Source of the DNA: Phoronis australis
Taxonomy: Eukaryota > Animalia > Phoronida
DNA: 37,008 nt
NCBI GenBank assembly: GCA_002633005.1
Contig: NMRA01000457.1
Coordinates: forward strand, 1-37,008
Reading direction: 5' to 3'
In this document: positions 33,410 to 37,008 of the stretch, one piece after another
How the letters are laid out: each line of letters opens with the position of its first letter
Position numbering within the stretch: position 1 is the stretch's first letter
Notes under the pieces: generated by a model
What the model saw: only the letters and a program-made list of their open reading frames with translations
The model's database searches: none
Told to the model about the DNA's origin: nothing
Made by a program: the position numbers and the translations under genes

Positions 33410-36135
33410 ACCCATACGAAAATATTCAATAGGATCCTTTAGGAATATCGATTTCCTATAGGATTCCTATAGGATCAAGATATCCTATTCACCTATTTCA
33501 CGAAAGCGCCGTCTTCCCTCGCCATCTTTAAATACTGATCGAAAACGAGGCACACTGATAAAACCTCGTGAGCGGTCATCAGCTGGCCTTGATGGTGTAC
33601 TGTGCAGTGCCTGAACGTACCAATTCCAACTCGTCGGTATCCTTCCCAGGTATATACTTAGCCACTCGCCCAGTCGCCAATGCGAGTAAAAATGGTGCTG
33701 GGCGAGTAGAAGTTGACTTGCCGGTCGTCCAGGTGGCCGAGCAAATTTCAAAGCGCAAAAACACTATATATCGTTTCCCAGATGAATATCTAATAATTTT
33801 CTTCCTTGTGCTGTTTTTATCATGAATTTAAGGTTCAGTTTGGTCATCGTGTCGATGCTCGGGCAGTAAAAAACATCGGCGCAGTGCCACCCTAACGATT
33901 CAGTACATGTCACCCGTTACGCGATTCGTCAAAAAATCACAGTGTGTGGTCGTGCACAAAGAATGTGTGGACTAGTCCGAAAATAAGAAAATAGGAGAAA
34001 GGTGGAAGATCGGTCCATGTGCTCATAGCAAATGAAATACCATATTTCTTGGAACTGATTCCTTTTTGTAATGTACAATGTCATTTTAGCCAATTTTCTT
34101 TTGATATCATAAGCGCCCATGCCCCTATAAGCGTCCCCACTCGTTTCCAGACTTCGCTAAAATAAGGGCCCAGTCCATGAGTGTGTATATATTTGTGCGA
34201 AAAATGTCTTACCTCACAGTTCTAAAATTCTCCAGTAATGTATTCAATTTATCAATAATATCCGACAGTCCTGAAAAATCATTGTGCGCGGAATTTCTAG
34301 TAGACCACGAGCCTCGCCCCTATGTCGGTATTTAGCCGTGGCTGTACACTTCAAACCGTACCGCAGTGCTTCAAAAAGAAAGCAAAAGATTTGCTGATCT
34401 TGCGAGGAAAGTGTCACACTATATGGTCTGGCCCTTCGAACAGACGCAGCGTACTGGTCAACGGGATTGGTATTGTATCTTTCCCGTACAAATTTTCTCC
34501 CACAACAGGAATCCAGATTGCTTTGTACACGTAAAATTATAAAAACCGCGAATCGAAACTTGGCCAAGAAGCGCGCGCTAGGGCCTACATGTGGGCGTGC
34601 TCAATGAGATAAATACAGTATAACTACCTATATAGCTCATTGGGCCTGCTACTCTGGCAAATGAACACTGATGACACGCACGCGCTCGCTCACTCGGTGC
34701 ACACCTCAGCTGTTGACTCACTTCAATACAAACGTCACGTGACAACAACATGATTATGTGTTCGTCCAGATTTTTCTCGTTGCCGGGTGCCATATAGCGC
34801 AGATTTTGACTTAATCTGTAGTTAATCCCGACTCCGAGTCCACAGGAACTTAAGAATCTTAGGAAAGGCTATTTGGAAAAGTTAAGGAGGGAGGATTTGA
34901 GGTAATTTGAGTCGAAACTAATTTTACTCAAGAATTCAAGTTGTCCTGTCGACGATCGCGAAGTAGCGACGCATCAGTCGGCAAGTTTTTGCCCTGGGAT
35001 TTCAGCACATTTTTTTAAAGATTAACAACAGAGTTTGATAGCAATGCACCACAGTTTTGTAGAAAGTCTGTCATATGTTACACATACGTCACAGCGGAGA
35101 GACCGGGATTTAACCGCCGTAGACTACAAAAAGCGTCCCCCTGAGCGTTAATTATTAGGGCAAATACGGTAGCCCTAATAGATGATGACATCAGTGCACG
35201 AAACGATGATTTTTATTTAAACTGTTAGCAAGTTTGTGGTGACTGGCACCAACGGTCGGGTGACTAAACCTCGTGCGAGTAGATTTTCTGGCTCCGGCAC
35301 TCGCCCACCTGGCGAGCAGGATTTTTCAAGACTAAAAGCCTGGGTAAAGTCCCTGATTTCCACACTTTTCCAAAAAGGGAAAACTACGGAGGAATGGCTG
35401 AGAAGGGTAAAAGTGAGTTGCCGTGCGTATTGGTATGTTTTTGGAGATCGATTCAACATCAGACAACTTGATTTTTGGTAACGTTATTAAGTCTTTTGAC
35501 CACCCCACCTTGCAGAACGATGCCATGTTTGTCTAGGCGCCTCGTTTTCGATCAACACGACAGCAGCGCCCCGCGTTCGTGAAATAGGTGAATAGGAATT
35601 CCTAAAGAAAAAATCCTATAGGAAATTTTTCACAAATCTGATTTCTAAACATTTTAATAATGAATTAGCCTAAGGGTATATACATGTAGTGAAATATCGG
35701 TTTGTTTTTATCTAATTTCAGCTCTTCTGAGTCATTAATTTTTGTAAATTTTAATATTCAGGCGAGTCTTAACACGTGTTTGTTACTTGCTTCGTAGAAT
35801 CGTACTGAACTTCCAAAAGAATATTAGTGAACTGCCTACTGGATATATTGAAGTCTTACGGGAAATCCTATAGGGTTTCTTATAGGAGATCCTAATGGAT
35901 TTTTGTAAGATTTCATATTGGATACCTTAGGAAATTTCACAGGATCCTATTGGATTTCCAATAGTATCCAATAAGAAATCCTATAGGATCTAATATGAAA
36001 TCCTATAAGATCCAATATAAAATCCTATAGGATTCCTATAGGAAATTCCATAGGATCCTACAGGATTTCCTATATGATCCAGTTGAACTTCCTTTAGGAT
36101 CTTATTGAGCTTATAGAATCGTACTGAACTTCCTG
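33410..36135. mobile_element. Probable degenerate DNA transposon with nested internal inverted repeats and TCCTATAGGA subterminal arrays
   Basis: Perfect 22-bp IR (33483..33504 / 35576..35597) and perfect 16-bp IR (33536..33551 / 35539..35554). CCTATAGG-type units at 33430..33476, ~35600..35625 and 35861..36100. Outer termini and TSD are not resolved. Confidence 0.6.
35861..36110. repeat. Degenerate minisatellite of palindromic TCCTATAGGA units (10-12 nt)
   Basis: e.g. aatcctataggattcctataggaaattccataggatcctacaggatttcctatatg. It is bracketed by the 20-bp direct repeat tagaatcgtactgaacttcc (35795..35814; 36114..36133). Confidence 0.85.
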
Positions 36136-37008
36136 TAGATAAAATTGTCTTAAAACAACATAAAAGGGTAAGCTATATAGCTGTCATCATAAATGTTTCA
36201 TTTCTGGTGTTGTAAATTATAAGGTTGTGTCTAAACTTCTAAGGAAACGCTTTGATTATGTGTATGGCTTAGTGGCTAAAATGGACAGTTTTTCAACTGA
36301 ACAACAGGTGTCACTGAAAGGCGATTCAATGAACACTTATCTTTACAGCAATGGGGCTATTCAGAAAATCTACAATAACTAGAGGGCGTGCGTGTACTAG
36401 TGGTGATAGATTAACAGCCTCGATTTCGCGAGCCCTTTAAATACATGGTGAAATGGCTTGCAGCCGTGCCAACTGAATCTGAGATTGCGTAAAAAGGGTG
36501 CTTCTATGAGAGGAAGTAAGCACGACCTCATACAAAGGTAAGGTTTGTGGTTATTTTAACGATGATTCCATGATTATTCTACCGATGCCTGTTAACTGAG
36601 GCACTCGCCGATTTCGACTTCGCGGCAGTCAGTCGGCAGCCAGAGTCTGGTTAATCTTTGTATGTTGTGATATGTGATACGATACTTGACGTAGCAATCG
36701 GGATATTTTCGTACATCAAAGCATTATTATTGTTTGGCATGATTTCTAAAAGTTTATCAGTGACAGTTACATCAATCAATGCTGAATGTTTATGCTGTCA
36801 ACTCGATACAGGTTAATGAAGATTACAATCCAATCCCAATGGCAAAGGGTACGTGAGTGATAAATATCCATTGCATTAGACTATTTGTTTACTCCCTATC
36901 ATATGTCTTCTGGAAATCTATTACACGTTGAAATGGAAATCTATCACGTCAGTTTTCACGTAACCTTTGGTTTTTAGGTTTGAAGGCTTGTACCGTGCAG
37001 AGGAGATA

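Noticed and set aside
35861-36110. CRISPR-like appearance of the palindromic array
   Set aside because: Units are 10-12 nt, contiguous and degenerate, with no unique spacers and no cas genes; the context is eukaryotic.
36380-36545. Possible promoter and first exon (tttaaata; aag|gtaagg) of a gene beyond the window
   Set aside because: Only short motifs are present, with no downstream coding sequence in the window to support them.

Overview
This is AT-rich eukaryotic (animal, probably marine invertebrate) genomic DNA; no prokaryotic features, CRISPR arrays, rRNA or tRNA genes are evident. The core is a tandem, same-strand cluster of TRIM (RING/B-box/B-box/coiled-coil) E3 ligase paralogues, each with an apparently uninterrupted coding exon. 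(1) 5127..7043 is an open RBCC + NHL-type beta-propeller gene with an in-frame 12-nt deletion in B-box 2. (2) 19692..21023 is an open RBCC-only gene ending in an acidic then polybasic tail. (3) 29281..29410 is a truncated RING relic. (4) 30751..32684 is a pseudogenised close paralogue of gene 1. All four have a splice acceptor exactly 5 nt before the ATG. The intergenic DNA is dense in transposon debris: a TTAA-flanked THAP-bearing Kolobok-like element whose empty site is visible upstream of gene 1; a hAT element with an intron-split transposase remnant and an inverted partial copy; an RTE-derived non-autonomous retroposon with an 11-bp TSD; a TIR element with a nested MITE; LINE reverse transcriptase remnants; a tRNA-derived SINE; and an inverted-repeat-bounded region with CCTATAGG arrays. 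Most short ORFs in the track are antisense or frame-shadow artefacts. Family assignments come from motif recognition by eye, not from database searches.
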